64,000 nucleotides of DNA from Bdellovibrionales bacterium (GCA_031426555.1 JANPLN010000064.1:1-64000); one strand, 5' to 3'. Counted from the first letter of the stretch, positions 37,358-47,497 are shown. A program made the numbers and translations. Notes: generated by a model from the sequence alone, not told the origin.

Positions 37358-38731
37358 CTAAGCTCTCGACCCAATGGCTTTTTGTAGCGGCCGAGCGACG
37401 ATAAAGAAAATGAGGCCCGCTCCCACTCCCAGCCCACACAGCATCATAAAAAAATCGTCTTTCGGCATTGTTTCGTAAAATGTTCCCAAATAACCAGTGA
37501 GATAGTTGCCGAAAAAACTCGACATAAACCAAAGCCCCATCATCGTACTGAGAATTGGTTTCGGCGATACACTTGTCACCAGGGACAACCCAATCGGAGA
37601 TAGATAAATCTCTCCAATGGTGAAAATAGATGTGGTGGCTACGAGCCAAAGTACGCTTCCTCTTTCATCACCGGGAACCATTTGAGCGGCCAAAATCATA
37701 AAAATGTAAGCCAAACCACAAAGGACACAACCGATACCCATTTTCGTAACTGATGTGGGCTCTGATTTCTTTCGCGCTTGCCAATTCCACAAAGAGACAA
37801 GCAGTGGCGAAAAAATAATGATCATCGCTGGATTGAAGGATTGAAACCAGGTTGATGGCATCTCCCACCCCGCAACGAACCAATCCGTTTTTTTGTCTGC
37901 CCAAAGCTGAAGCGTGTTGCCCTGCTGCTCGTACACCGCCCAAAAGACAATATTTAAAAAACAAAGGAAGGCTAAGCCAAAGACGGCATTCCATTCCTGT
38001 CTGCTCATTTTTTCACGAACTTGAGTTTTAATATTCTGCAAAGCCGGCTGAGACGCCGGTATTAAACCGCTTCCCAGCCAATAGATAATCATACTTAAAA
38101 TCATGCCCACGCCAGCTGCACCAAATCCCCAGTGCCATCCCACTTTTTGCCCTAAAGTCCCACAGACAAAAGGCGACAACAAAGCACCCGAATTCACACC
38201 CATGTAATAGATGGCAAAGGCCCCATCCAAGCGACTGTCATTTTCTTTGTAGAGGGATCCGACCTGTGTCGATAAATTTGGTTTAAAAAATCCGTAGCCA
38301 AAGATGATAAAAACGAGAGCACCTAAAAAAGCAGATTCGCTCGCCATTAAAAAATGGCCGATGGCCATTAAAGTTCCACCCAAAAAGACAGAACGATATT
38401 TTCCCAAATAACGATCGGCGATGAGGCCGCCGAAGAAGGGGGTAAAATAAACGAAGCCTGTATAAAGACCGTAGAGCTGCGAACTCATTTGCTGAGCCGT
38501 CATTGCGCCGAAAACAGAAACCAGGCCTGCTTCCAGAGTTTTGTAACCAAACACGGCGGCGGCTCGCTCCGGATCGGTGAGAAGATAATCTGTCATATAC
38601 AGAATTAGGAGCGAGCGCATTCCGTAATACGAAAACCGCTCCCACATTTCAGTGAGGAATAACACATATAAACCAGATGGATGTCCCCAAAACTCACGCC
38701 CGTTAAATTTTGTTTTTATGTTTTGTCGCAT
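37358..38731 (-). CDS. POT/PTR proton-dependent oligopeptide transporter
   Basis: EMWERFSYYGMR, GGLIADRYLG, GFFKPN, FQSFNP, GEIYLSPIGLS. Confidence 0.95.
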   Translation of the reverse strand: MRQNIKTKFNGREFWGHPSGLYVLFLTEMWERFSYYGMRSLLILYMTDYLLTDPERAAAVFGYKTLEAGLVSVFGAMTAQQMSSQLYGLYTGFVYFTPFFGGLIADRYLGKYRSVFLGGTLMAIGHFLMASESAFLGALVFIIFGYGFFKPNLSTQVGSLYKENDSRLDGAFAIYYMGVNSGALLSPFVCGTLGQKVGWHWGFGAAGVGMILSMIIYWLGSGLIPASQPALQNIKTQVREKMSRQEWNAVFGLAFLCFLNIVFWAVYEQQGNTLQLWADKKTDWFVAGWEMPSTWFQSFNPAMIIIFSPLLVSLWNWQARKKSEPTSVTKMGIGCVLCGLAYIFMILAAQMVPGDERGSVLWLVATTSIFTIGEIYLSPIGLSLVTSVSPKPILSTMMGLWFMSSFFGNYLTGYLGTFYETMPKDDFFMMLCGLGVGAGLIFFIVARPLQKAIGSRA

Positions 38732-38769
38732 CACATATCTCGCTTTCAATCTGAAAGACGAGGGTTATA

Positions 38770-39171
38770 TTATTGATTCAAGTCTGTCCATTTATAATTT
38801 TTAACTTTTTTGATGATCGGCTTAATGTGCGGTTGGGGTCGCAACAAATAGAGTGGATCTTGTTTGCGCTGTTCGAGGTGAAGTTTAACTTCCGCGGCCG
38901 CCCGCTCCGGATTTTGTTTGTAAGTGATCGGATCAAAGCCACAGCCCTTGCACCTGATGGAGTGGCGCCAGCGAACTTGATAGGTGAGCTCGGTCACCAT
39001 GACTAGGGCTGCAAATAAAAACAAGCTGGACCAGTGGAAGTCCTGCCAGATCAGGTAAGACGCAATGGCTCCTGCGACGGCAAGAGCCAATATTTCAAAA
39101 AGATGAATGTGCTTTCGCTTGTACACTTTTTGTGGAAGCTCACAGAACGAACAAAAAAATCTTTCCTTCAA
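38770..39171 (-). CDS. Small membrane protein with two CxxC motifs
   Basis: CSFC, two TM helices, CKGCGFDP; GAGG before TTG. Confidence 0.75.
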   Translation of the reverse strand: MKERFFCSFCELPQKVYKRKHIHLFEILALAVAGAIASYLIWQDFHWSSLFLFAALVMVTELTYQVRWRHSIRCKGCGFDPITYKQNPERAAAEVKLHLEQRKQDPLYLLRPQPHIKPIIKKVKNYKWTDLNQ

Positions 39172-39250
39172 CTAGACCTCCGGCCCTATTCCTGAGCTGC
39201 AGACTGCAAATTCATGGTCCTCATAGGCCTTTGTTGCTACCATCTAAGAC

Positions 39251-39868
39251 ATGAAATACCTGTCTATGATACTAATCGAACTTTTTGTGTCTGTCTGTTT
39301 TGCGGCTGATAAACCCTACGAAAGTTATGACGAAATCGTCGACCGGCTCTCGAAATACCGCAACAAACAAGCTGTCCAGCAGATGTCGACGAGTATGCCT
39401 AAAGAAAAATTTCATGTCAGCTTCGGACTTTCTAATTCTTCGACGAAAGTTTCGCAAGAGGGAATCGGCAGCCTTAGTCAAAACGGTTTTGTCTTAGGTT
39501 TAGCCCAACCCATCATTTCGCAACAGCTGTTCTTCGAAGCCTTCGGAAAGTTTTTTCAAAACACCACCGAAAATAACTTTCGCGCCGAACTCCAGCAGTA
39601 CGAAGTGCGCTTGAGTCACAAAGAGCGACTGGATTTTGCTGTTCTTAATCTCGGCGTCGGAGCCTCCGCCCGATTTCTTTCAGTTTCGTCTCCCAATATC
39701 TCAAACGAATATAAGATGCCCGGCCTTGTGGTCACGGTAGGATTCGAACGTCGCTTGGCACAAAGCCTCAGCGTCGCCTTCGATACGGCACTCCATCGCG
39801 GGCTGCGCGAAAATCCCAACGGAAAAAATAGCACAGAGTTTGTATTGCGACTTAATTACCATCTATAA
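39251..39868 (+). CDS. Outer-membrane beta-barrel-like protein
   Basis: Signal peptide; beta-strand pattern; ends LRLNYHL. Confidence 0.7.
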   Translation: MKYLSMILIELFVSVCFAADKPYESYDEIVDRLSKYRNKQAVQQMSTSMPKEKFHVSFGLSNSSTKVSQEGIGSLSQNGFVLGLAQPIISQQLFFEAFGKFFQNTTENNFRAELQQYEVRLSHKERLDFAVLNLGVGASARFLSVSSPNISNEYKMPGLVVTVGFERRLAQSLSVAFDTALHRGLRENPNGKNSTEFVLRLNYHL

Positions 39869-39876
39869 GGTGATCA

Positions 39877-40617
39877 ATGGAAAAATACTCGCGTGCTGAT
39901 TTTGATCGGGATCTTAAAAAGATAAAAAACTATCTTCCTGAATATCTTCGAAACCCATTTGAACAAATCAAATCACCGCTGGTTCTTCCGTGGCAAAGTA
40001 CGACGCTGACTCTCATTGGCATTAATTTAGTTTTCGGTGTTATCCATGGGATCTATAAAATGGATCTTTTCCAGTGGGTCATCAGTCTTTTAGTCACGCC
40101 TCTTTTGGCGGCTGGATTTTTGCTTTTGATGACTTTATTTGTGTCTTATCTGGTGCAGTATATGCTCGACATGCAGCACGAGTTTGACTATATCGCCAGT
40201 GTGTTGTTCTGGGCCTATATACCGTCTTCTCTTTTCTTTATGGGTTCGCTGTTCTACCCGCCCATTTATCTGCTGGGACTTTTGATCTTAGCTGTTTTGT
40301 GTGTCAAAGGGTTGGTCGAAAATTTTAAAATCCCAAAAAACACAGTCGTCACTTTAGTCGTTTTAGGTTTTATGCTGGCTTTGATATTTTGGATTCTCAA
40401 TGAATTTTACGGGTACCGAGCACCCGTAAAACCAAAATCATTAGACGAATTAGAGCAGGAAATCAGTCAAAATATAACTACTGGCGAACGCCACTGCGTA
40501 AAAAAGCTTCCCAGTCGGCGCGCAATAAAAATCCCATATATCCATGATGAACCCAACCTTGACCCGGTACTTCCACATCCCATGCACAAAACAAATGATG
40601 TTTACGTGTGCGGTTAA
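39877..40617 (+). CDS. Yip1-like membrane protein; C-terminus probably extended by a frameshift
   Basis: Five TM helices after YLRNPFEQIK; AGGTG SD; 140-bp convergent overlap. Confidence 0.7.
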   Translation: MEKYSRADFDRDLKKIKNYLPEYLRNPFEQIKSPLVLPWQSTTLTLIGINLVFGVIHGIYKMDLFQWVISLLVTPLLAAGFLLLMTLFVSYLVQYMLDMQHEFDYIASVLFWAYIPSSLFFMGSLFYPPIYLLGLLILAVLCVKGLVENFKIPKNTVVTLVVLGFMLALIFWILNEFYGYRAPVKPKSLDELEQEISQNITTGERHCVKKLPSRRAIKIPYIHDEPNLDPVLPHPMHKTNDVYVCG

Positions 40618-41365
40618 AATCACGACACGTAAACTGGTGCGAGTAATTGCCTTCACTCATGAACAAGCGAAACGTTTTTTCGCCCACGCGCTCGATGGAC
40701 GACGTTGCAAGGCGCTGACCCTGCCAGTTATCAAACGACATACCGTCGCGGCCTAACCATACAGACCCTACCGGTGAGTTGGTATTGACGTTGTAAACGC
40801 CCATAGGCTGATTGGGGCTCACATGATTCACCGACATAAAGAACTCATCACCCACATTACCCAATGGATTTACATAGGTCACAGCGATCCACTCGCCGTT
40901 CAGATCTCTGAGTCTGATGTCGTTAAGAGTAAAATCACTGGGCTCTCTAGGGTTGGCGCCGGCCAGTTGCCCAGAGAAAGTTGCTTTTGCACAGGCGTAG
41001 GAGTGAGGGTTGCCGCGCGGATCACACTGATCGTAGTTTTCTGGATAAACGCGCGCGTAGCGATTGTCTACATAGGTAGGTTCTTCGTACTGCTGATCAT
41101 CACCATAATTTCCGTCGTTATAATTTCCGTCGCCGTAGCTGGGCTCCTGATACTGCTGGCCGCCACCTTGATATCCGTCGTTGTAGTTTCCGTCATTGTA
41201 TCCGGGCTCCTGATACCGCTGGTCGTCGACATAGTTACCATCTTGAGTGCACCGAGCGAATGTGTCTTTATTTAGGTAAGGATTATCACAGTTTGTCGAA
41301 CCACCGGCCATGGTATCCGCCGCAAGAACCGTCATCGCTAAAAATAGAATCCACCAAGTTTTCAT
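40478..41365 (-). CDS. Secreted protein with Tyr/Asp/Gly/Gln-rich internal repeats
   Basis: AGGAG SD before ATG 41365; signal peptide; YQEPGYNDGNY / YQEPSYGDGNY / YEEPTY. Confidence 0.8.
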   Translation of the reverse strand: MKTWWILFLAMTVLAADTMAGGSTNCDNPYLNKDTFARCTQDGNYVDDQRYQEPGYNDGNYNDGYQGGGQQYQEPSYGDGNYNDGNYGDDQQYEEPTYVDNRYARVYPENYDQCDPRGNPHSYACAKATFSGQLAGANPREPSDFTLNDIRLRDLNGEWIAVTYVNPLGNVGDEFFMSVNHVSPNQPMGVYNVNTNSPVGSVWLGRDGMSFDNWQGQRLATSSIERVGEKTFRLFMSEGNYSHQFTCRDFNRTRKHHLFCAWDVEVPGQGWVHHGYMGFLLRADWEAFLRSGVRQ

Positions 41366-41563
41366 TATCTCACTCCTTTGTTGTCTGGCCGGAGGGTCTT
41401 TAACCCTAGTGTGGCCGATACACGAACCGTATATGGTCTTTTTATACATCGCGTTACTTTTGTAAAGGATATCAAAACATAAGGAATTTAATGCAGTTAG
41501 GATTGTAATAGTTTCATCCGGCGCCCTAGACAAAGGAGATTCTTTCGCTTAGGCTCACGCTCT

Positions 41564-42337
41564 ATGAAGACATTACTCCTGGTACTCATCTCCTGTGGTT
41601 TTCCCCTTTCGACTTCTGCGCTGACTCGTCCTCAACAATCAGAAGTCTCATTACCATTCGCCGCCACTCCTGTGCTCGCCTGTCGGGATTTTGATACAAT
41701 GAAACAAACTCAGCTCCCGCTCTGTGATTTTGTGACGACGGACCAGCTCAAGACAAATTTACTGGCCCTTCTGATCACCCAACAAAAGGCCCTTGATTCA
41801 CTCCTTGCGAATACCACTTTACCCCTTGAGAAATCGAATTTTTACCACATGTTGAAAGACTATCTCTCCTCTATTGAGCGTTATTCCATTCAAAAAATTG
41901 CCGATATTTGTTATCTGAAAGGGCGTTTGATTCTACAAACGCCAGGTTTGATTTCGGGCTGTATCTACAACCAATTCGCAAAAATGAAATTCACAATTGG
42001 GATTTTACAAAAAGACATTGTTGTTTCAACGTTGCACAACGCTTCGAAACCTTCCGAAGAACAAAAGAAATTTGATGTTTTTGTTAACGACTTGTTGTTG
42101 GACCTCGCTGAAAAAAACAGAAACTACTACCCTAACAATGCCGCTATTAAAACTTTAATGGCTGAAGTACTTAAAATCTACGGTGGTGACGGAAAAAGTC
42201 TTTACGCCTCGTTTTTAGGAATCTGTGGTTTAGAGTCGATCGCAAATGTGTCCACGACACGTGATACAGACTCTGTCTCTGCATGCGAAGCTAGCTACTT
42301 AACCGATTTGCGGCAAACTCTGTTTCTAGCTATTTAG
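41564..42337 (+). CDS. Secreted Cys-containing hypothetical protein
   Basis: Signal peptide; TAGACA-17-TAGGCT promoter 8 nt before ATG. Confidence 0.75.
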   Translation: MKTLLLVLISCGFPLSTSALTRPQQSEVSLPFAATPVLACRDFDTMKQTQLPLCDFVTTDQLKTNLLALLITQQKALDSLLANTTLPLEKSNFYHMLKDYLSSIERYSIQKIADICYLKGRLILQTPGLISGCIYNQFAKMKFTIGILQKDIVVSTLHNASKPSEEQKKFDVFVNDLLLDLAEKNRNYYPNNAAIKTLMAEVLKIYGGDGKSLYASFLGICGLESIANVSTTRDTDSVSACEASYLTDLRQTLFLAI

Positions 42338-42353
42338 TTCGCGCAAACTCCAT

Positions 42354-42668
42354 CTAATTACAAACGGCGTAAACACATCGACCTTCGTAGCCGTCGATCA
42401 TCAATGTACATTCTTTCTTTGTTTGTTTATTAATGATGGTAATTGCATGAACTCCGTAGTCTGTAACTTCTACGGGTGTTGCCGAACCTTGCGCCTTTAA
42501 ATCTTCAAACAATTCTTTAAAATCATTGAGATCTTGTTGATTAAAATATTCACCGCTACAAGCCTCATATTTTTTTAAGTCCTCATCAATGCCATCAATG
42601 ATTTGATCTGCGTGAGAATAATTAAAAGCAATTGCACCCAATATTAAAATCATTATTTTCATAAGCAC
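42354..42668 (-). CDS. Small secreted AT-rich hypothetical protein
   Basis: Signal peptide; 4 Cys; GAGG SD. Confidence 0.7.
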   Translation of the reverse strand: MLMKIMILILGAIAFNYSHADQIIDGIDEDLKKYEACSGEYFNQQDLNDFKELFEDLKAQGSATPVEVTDYGVHAITIINKQTKKECTLMIDGYEGRCVYAVCN

Positions 42669-42799
42669 CTCTTAAATTAATTTTTTTTTAAACCCAAGTT
42701 GCACAACGCAAGTACTACTCCGCGCGAATCACAGAGTCCATAGTCAAAACTGAAAAATGACTGAATTTGTACAAATTATATTTTTTGATACCTAGGTTT

Positions 42800-43252
42800 T
42801 TAGCATTTTTGGCAAAGGCCGCGGATGACGACGGAGTCGTTGGTCATTTTGAACTTGGCTTCTTTGTCGAGAAAATCAGCGAGCACCTGCAGGGTTTTTG
42901 TTGTTCCCCCCACATCGGTTACATTCCCGCAGCGTGTGCATATAGCGATAAAATGTTTGTCGTGGCTGCAGGCTTGATGGGTGCAATAAATATATTTGCC
43001 GTCGCCCACAGCATGTACGATTTCTAACTCTTCAAATTTTTCGAGGATTCGGTAAACAGTGACGCGATCGAAATCTTGATCTTTAAATTTTTTCTGCAGG
43101 GTGAGAAAAATTTCCGATGGGGAGAGGGACTTTTTCGTGCCCTCTAGGAGTTCTAAAATATTCAAACGAGATTGTGTCAATCGCAGTCCGGCTTCGCGCA
43201 TTTTTTCGAGAACGTTCTCGTTAAATTGAAACGGACTAGATTGCTTTTTCAC
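42800..43252 (-). CDS. Second Fur-family regulator (Zur/PerR-like possible)
   Basis: GLRLTQSRLNIL, DRVTVYRIL, HFIAICTRCG, GLCQKC. Confidence 0.88.
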   Translation of the reverse strand: MKKQSSPFQFNENVLEKMREAGLRLTQSRLNILELLEGTKKSLSPSEIFLTLQKKFKDQDFDRVTVYRILEKFEELEIVHAVGDGKYIYCTHQACSHDKHFIAICTRCGNVTDVGGTTKTLQVLADFLDKEAKFKMTNDSVVIRGLCQKC

Positions 43253-43707
43253 GACGTTACTGCAACACCCGTGCTGCCAAACCCACCGGCGCCACGTTGA
43301 GTGTCTGAGAGCTCAGAAACAAGTTCCATTTGCGCCTGAAGAACCGGGCACAGTACACACTGAGCAATGCGATCTTGATCTTGAATCACAAAGGGCTCTC
43401 GTCCGAGGTTGATTAAAATAACTTTTACTTCGCCCCGGTAGTCGGCATCGATAGTTCCTGGCGTGTTTAGAACAGTCACCGATTTTTTAGCTGCTAAGCC
43501 ACTGCGCGGACGCACCTGAATTTCGTAACCCACTGGAATTTCAAAACTCAAACCCGTCGGAACCATGACCGATGCCCCCGGCGCCACAGCCATGGGACTA
43601 TCTATCTGTGCACGAATATCAAAGCCGCTGGCTAAAGTGGTTTCGTACTTTGGAAGATCGCCCTTAAAGTGGGCCCATTTTTTTACCTTCATCAAAATTG
43701 TAGTCAT
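43249..43707 (-). CDS. dut: dUTP diphosphatase
   Basis: ASGFDI, RPRSGLA, NTPGTIDADYRGE, RIAQ, RGAGGFGSTG. Confidence 0.97.
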   Translation of the reverse strand: MTTILMKVKKWAHFKGDLPKYETTLASGFDIRAQIDSPMAVAPGASVMVPTGLSFEIPVGYEIQVRPRSGLAAKKSVTVLNTPGTIDADYRGEVKVILINLGREPFVIQDQDRIAQCVLCPVLQAQMELVSELSDTQRGAGGFGSTGVAVTS

Positions 43708-44972
43708 AATCCCTCCATCCATTGACGATCTTTGGCTTCATTCACCGCCCCCATGAGATAGAGGCTCTTGGTTTTTAAATTTAAGAATTCGTCGATGTAA
43801 TTGTTTACATTGCGAAGCTTAATAGATTCCATCTCTTTTATTACAGATTCCACGGAACGGTATTTGCCGAAGACCATTTCGTTTGTGGCTAGGGAAATCA
43901 TGCGACTCTCGATATCCTCAGAGGCAATTAACAGTTGCCCCTCAACCTGGCGGCGATAAAAATCCAATTCTTTTTGCTTCATTTTCGAAATGTGAAAATT
44001 ACGTATTTCTAGAAGCAGCTCTTCAACGAGACTGTGATACTGTTTTTTATCCGTAGCAGCATAGAAAATCTGCAAACCAAAATCAGTATAGGTATTGAGC
44101 ATACTAAAAATCGAATAGGCCCAGCCTTTTTCTTCGCGAATTTTCTGGTACAGCCGCGAAGTCATACCGCCACCCAAACACGCGTTGACCATAAAACCTT
44201 CAAAACGGCGTTCTGAGCCATAGGATAATGACGGCGCTCCAAGAACAATATGCACCTGTTCGCTCTCGCGCTTTTTCACATCTAACAGAGGCTGCAGACC
44301 CTGGGACTGGCGCTGCACGGTGTGTTTTTGCTCAGGCATATGACCCAAATACTTTTCTACAAGTTTTACCACTTTGGCATGATCCACACTGCCGGTAACA
44401 GCCACGATGAGATTTCCCGAGAGATATTTTTTTTTGTACCACTCACGCACATCTTTTTGCGTGATATTATTTAATGACTCCTCTGTTCCAAGAATAGGCC
44501 ATCCAATACTGTCTTTGGGAAATGCTTTGGCAAAGTATTCATCAAAGACAGAGTCTTCGATATCATCGCGAGCCATATAGAGTTCTTGCAGCACAACATT
44601 TTTTTCTTTTTCAAACTCAGACTCATCAAGAGTGGCAAAATGAAATAGCTGAGATAGGATTTGAATACTGAGCTCGAGATCTTCTTTAAGGGTGGTGGCA
44701 TGAAAGCACGTATGCTCTTTTGCAGTAAATGCGTTGAGCTCTCCACCCACGGCTTCTAACTTTTGTGCAATTTGCAAAGCTGAGAATTTTTTTGTGCCTT
44801 TAAAAACTAAATGCTCAATCAGATGCGAAACACCCACATATTTAGGGTCTTCGTCTCGCGTTCCGCGATCTAGCCAAAACCCCACCACCGCACAGCGCGT
44901 GCCTTTGTGGGATTCTGTCAGAATCCGAATTCCATTTATTAATACGGTTTTTTTAAAGAGTGGTTTGGACAT
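43704..44972 (-). CDS. M16 family zinc peptidase
   Basis: HLIEHLVFKGT (HxxEH), LNAFTAKE, GGGMTSRLYQKIRE. Confidence 0.95.
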   Translation of the reverse strand: MSKPLFKKTVLINGIRILTESHKGTRCAVVGFWLDRGTRDEDPKYVGVSHLIEHLVFKGTKKFSALQIAQKLEAVGGELNAFTAKEHTCFHATTLKEDLELSIQILSQLFHFATLDESEFEKEKNVVLQELYMARDDIEDSVFDEYFAKAFPKDSIGWPILGTEESLNNITQKDVREWYKKKYLSGNLIVAVTGSVDHAKVVKLVEKYLGHMPEQKHTVQRQSQGLQPLLDVKKRESEQVHIVLGAPSLSYGSERRFEGFMVNACLGGGMTSRLYQKIREEKGWAYSIFSMLNTYTDFGLQIFYAATDKKQYHSLVEELLLEIRNFHISKMKQKELDFYRRQVEGQLLIASEDIESRMISLATNEMVFGKYRSVESVIKEMESIKLRNVNNYIDEFLNLKTKSLYLMGAVNEAKDRQWMEGL

Positions 44973-44983
44973 AAGACAGAATC

Positions 44984-47092
44984 TTATGTCGCTCCATCAG
45001 CTAATAAGGCTTTGCGCGACAGCTTCACTCGTCCCGAGCGGTCCACTTCGACCACTTTAACGTCGATCTTATCGCCTTCTTTAAGTACGTCGGTCACGTT
45101 GCGAATTCTGTCGTTAGAAATTTCAGAAATATGCAACAAGCCCTGAGTTCCAGGAAGAATTTCAACAAACGCTCCAAAATCAACGATCTTAACGACCTTG
45201 CCTTCGTACTTTCTGCCAACTTCGGCTTCTGCACAAATAGACTCGATGATGGAAATGGCTTTGTTGGTCATCTCCGGATCCGACGAAGCAATGTTGATGG
45301 ATCCATCGTCTTGAATGTCGATTTTAACGCCCGTCTCTTCGATGATGGCCTTGATCACTTTACCACCGGCGCCGATCACTTCGCGGACTTTGTCTGGCTT
45401 AATTTTAATTGTTACAATACGCGGAGCAAATGGCGACAATTGACCTTTTGGTTGCTTAATAACTGCGTCCATAGCGTCGAGAATATGCAGGCGTCCTGCT
45501 TTGGCTTGTTTAAGAGCTTGCTCCATCACATCAAAGCTAATGCTATCGATTTTAATATCCATTTGTACAGCTGTCACACCTTCACGGGTTCCAGCCACTT
45601 TAAAGTCCATGTCACCCAAGTGATCTTCATCGCCCAAGATATCTGTTAGAACAGCTGTGCGCTCACCGTCGCTGATAAGGCCCATGGCAATCCCGGCAAC
45701 CGGAGATGTCATCGGAACCCCAGCATCAAGGAGAGCCAAAGTACCCGAGCACACTGTGCCCATGGAGCTTGAACCATTGGATTCCAACACTTCGCTTACA
45801 ATTCGAATGGTGTAGGGGAATTTTTCTTGCGTCGGCAGCATTCTCTGAAGTGCGCGTTCTGCTAAGTTTCCGTGGCCAATCTCACGACGGCTCTGTCCGC
45901 CCATGCGTCCTGTCTCGCCCACGCTGAATGGAGGAAAGTTATAATGCAGAAGAAATCTTTTTTTGTAGGTCTTGTTCAAACCATCGATCATCTGCTCATC
46001 ATCACCTGTTCCAAGAGTCACTGTGCCTAAAACTTGCGTTTCACCGCGAGTGAAGAGACCAGACCCGTGAACCCGGGGAAGGATGTTAATTTCGCAAGCG
46101 ATAGGACGAACAGTTGTTAAATCGCGGCCGTCGATGCGCGACCCTTTGTCGAGGATCGTTGCGCGAGAGATACGATACTTGAGATCTTCAAGGATCATCC
46201 CAAGATCTTTTTTACGAAGCTTTTCTACAGACTCTGGGAATTTTTGATTTTTAATAAGTTCGGTGCTGGCAAGCTTTGCGATCTCGTAATATTTTGCGTA
46301 ACGCTCGTTCTTCGTGCGAATACTCAAAGCTTCAGTGATTTTGCTTGTCAAAAGAGCTTCGGCTTTTTGTTTAAATTCAGCATCGATTGTGTACGGAGTG
46401 AATTCGCGCTTTTTTGGCGCTTTTGATTTTTCGCGAAGTTCATCTTGCATATCAAGCAACGCTTTTAGCTGTTCGTGACCAAACTTGAGCGCTTTGAGGA
46501 AATCTTCTTCGCTGATGAGTTGCGCTTCACCTTCGACCATCAAAACTCCATTGCGAGTTCCGGCAATGGTGATGTCCATATCCGATTTTTCTAAAGCTTC
46601 AGCACTTGGATTCACAACCAACTGGCCGTCGATGCGGCCGATTTGGAGAGCCGCTGTGGGGCCGTTAAAAGGAATGTCACTGATGTGGAGAGCTGCCGAA
46701 GCGCCAAGGCTTGCGAGCATTTCAGTTGAATACTGACCGTCGTAACTTAGTACGGTTGCTACAACTTGTGTTTCGTAGCGATAGCCCTCTGGAAAGCAGG
46801 GGCGAATCGGGCGGTCGATTAAACGCGAAGTTAAAGTTGCGTTCGTTGTGGGCTTGCCTTCACGCTTAAAAAAGCCACCGGGAATTTTTCCAGACGAATA
46901 AAATTTTTCAACATACTCTACAGTGAGAGGAAAGAAGTCTAAATCAGATTCTTTGCGACTCGATACAGCCGTCACGAGAACGATGTTGTTTCCGCAGGTT
47001 ACTAATACGGATCCGTCGGCTTGTTTTGCCAGTCGGCCCGTTTCGATTGTGATCTGTTGGCCGGCTAATGTTGTAGTCACTGTCTGTAGCAT
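44984..47092 (-). CDS. pnp: Polynucleotide phosphorylase
   Basis: ETGRLAKQADG, FFPLTV, RREIGHG, ESNGSSSM, KH and S1 domains. Confidence 0.98.
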   Translation of the reverse strand: MLQTVTTTLAGQQITIETGRLAKQADGSVLVTCGNNIVLVTAVSSRKESDLDFFPLTVEYVEKFYSSGKIPGGFFKREGKPTTNATLTSRLIDRPIRPCFPEGYRYETQVVATVLSYDGQYSTEMLASLGASAALHISDIPFNGPTAALQIGRIDGQLVVNPSAEALEKSDMDITIAGTRNGVLMVEGEAQLISEEDFLKALKFGHEQLKALLDMQDELREKSKAPKKREFTPYTIDAEFKQKAEALLTSKITEALSIRTKNERYAKYYEIAKLASTELIKNQKFPESVEKLRKKDLGMILEDLKYRISRATILDKGSRIDGRDLTTVRPIACEINILPRVHGSGLFTRGETQVLGTVTLGTGDDEQMIDGLNKTYKKRFLLHYNFPPFSVGETGRMGGQSRREIGHGNLAERALQRMLPTQEKFPYTIRIVSEVLESNGSSSMGTVCSGTLALLDAGVPMTSPVAGIAMGLISDGERTAVLTDILGDEDHLGDMDFKVAGTREGVTAVQMDIKIDSISFDVMEQALKQAKAGRLHILDAMDAVIKQPKGQLSPFAPRIVTIKIKPDKVREVIGAGGKVIKAIIEETGVKIDIQDDGSINIASSDPEMTNKAISIIESICAEAEVGRKYEGKVVKIVDFGAFVEILPGTQGLLHISEISNDRIRNVTDVLKEGDKIDVKVVEVDRSGRVKLSRKALLADGAT

Positions 47093-47130
47093 GGGTCTCC
47101 TTGTGTCAGTTTATGCACGTCTGAATTAGG

Positions 47131-47185
47131 CGAGTTTCTTCGGGAAACTCTCGTAGCAGAAAAGTTTCTTTGGGAAATTCTCTGC
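47131..47185 (-). repeat. Two tandem ~30-bp hairpin units in the pnp leader
   Basis: cgagtttcttcgggaaactctcg and aaagtttctttgggaaattctc at exact 30-bp spacing. Confidence 0.8.
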
Positions 47186-47213
47186 AAAAAAAAGAGCTTC
47201 TTTCGAAGCTCTT
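47186..47213 (-). terminator. Intrinsic terminator after rpsO
   Basis: AAGAGCTTC-GAAA-GAAGCTCTT followed by a T-run. Confidence 0.9.
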
Positions 47214-47227
47214 GTGAACGCTAGAAA

Positions 47228-47497
47228 TTACTTACGTAGTTCTAGTTCTGCGATCACTTCTTGGTATTTTTTGAAACTTGTTTTTTTCAAATAATCCAAA
47301 AGACTACGACGACGATTCACCAGTTTTACAAGACCAACAGTTCCGTGATTGTCTTTGGGATGTTTTTTGAAATGCCCCGTAAGCTCTTTAATTTGGAATG
47401 TGAGAAGAGCAATTTGCACTTCAGAACTTCCAGTATCAAGATCTTTACGTTGGAATTTTTTAACGATTTGCGACTTTTGAGCGGTATTTAATGCCAT
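47228..47497 (-). CDS. rpsO: 30S ribosomal protein S15
   Basis: DTGSSEVQIALLT, HPKDNH, RRRSLLDYL; AGGAGG SD. Confidence 0.98.
   Translation of the reverse strand: MALNTAQKSQIVKKFQRKDLDTGSSEVQIALLTFQIKELTGHFKKHPKDNHGTVGLVKLVNRRRSLLDYLKKTSFKKYQEVIAELELRK

Noticed and set aside
41366..41533. Extended N-terminus of ORF 40478-41533 (and similar extensions of mutL, rimP, porin and OMP)
   Set aside because: Downstream starts have an SD and/or restore a proper signal peptide or conserved N-terminus
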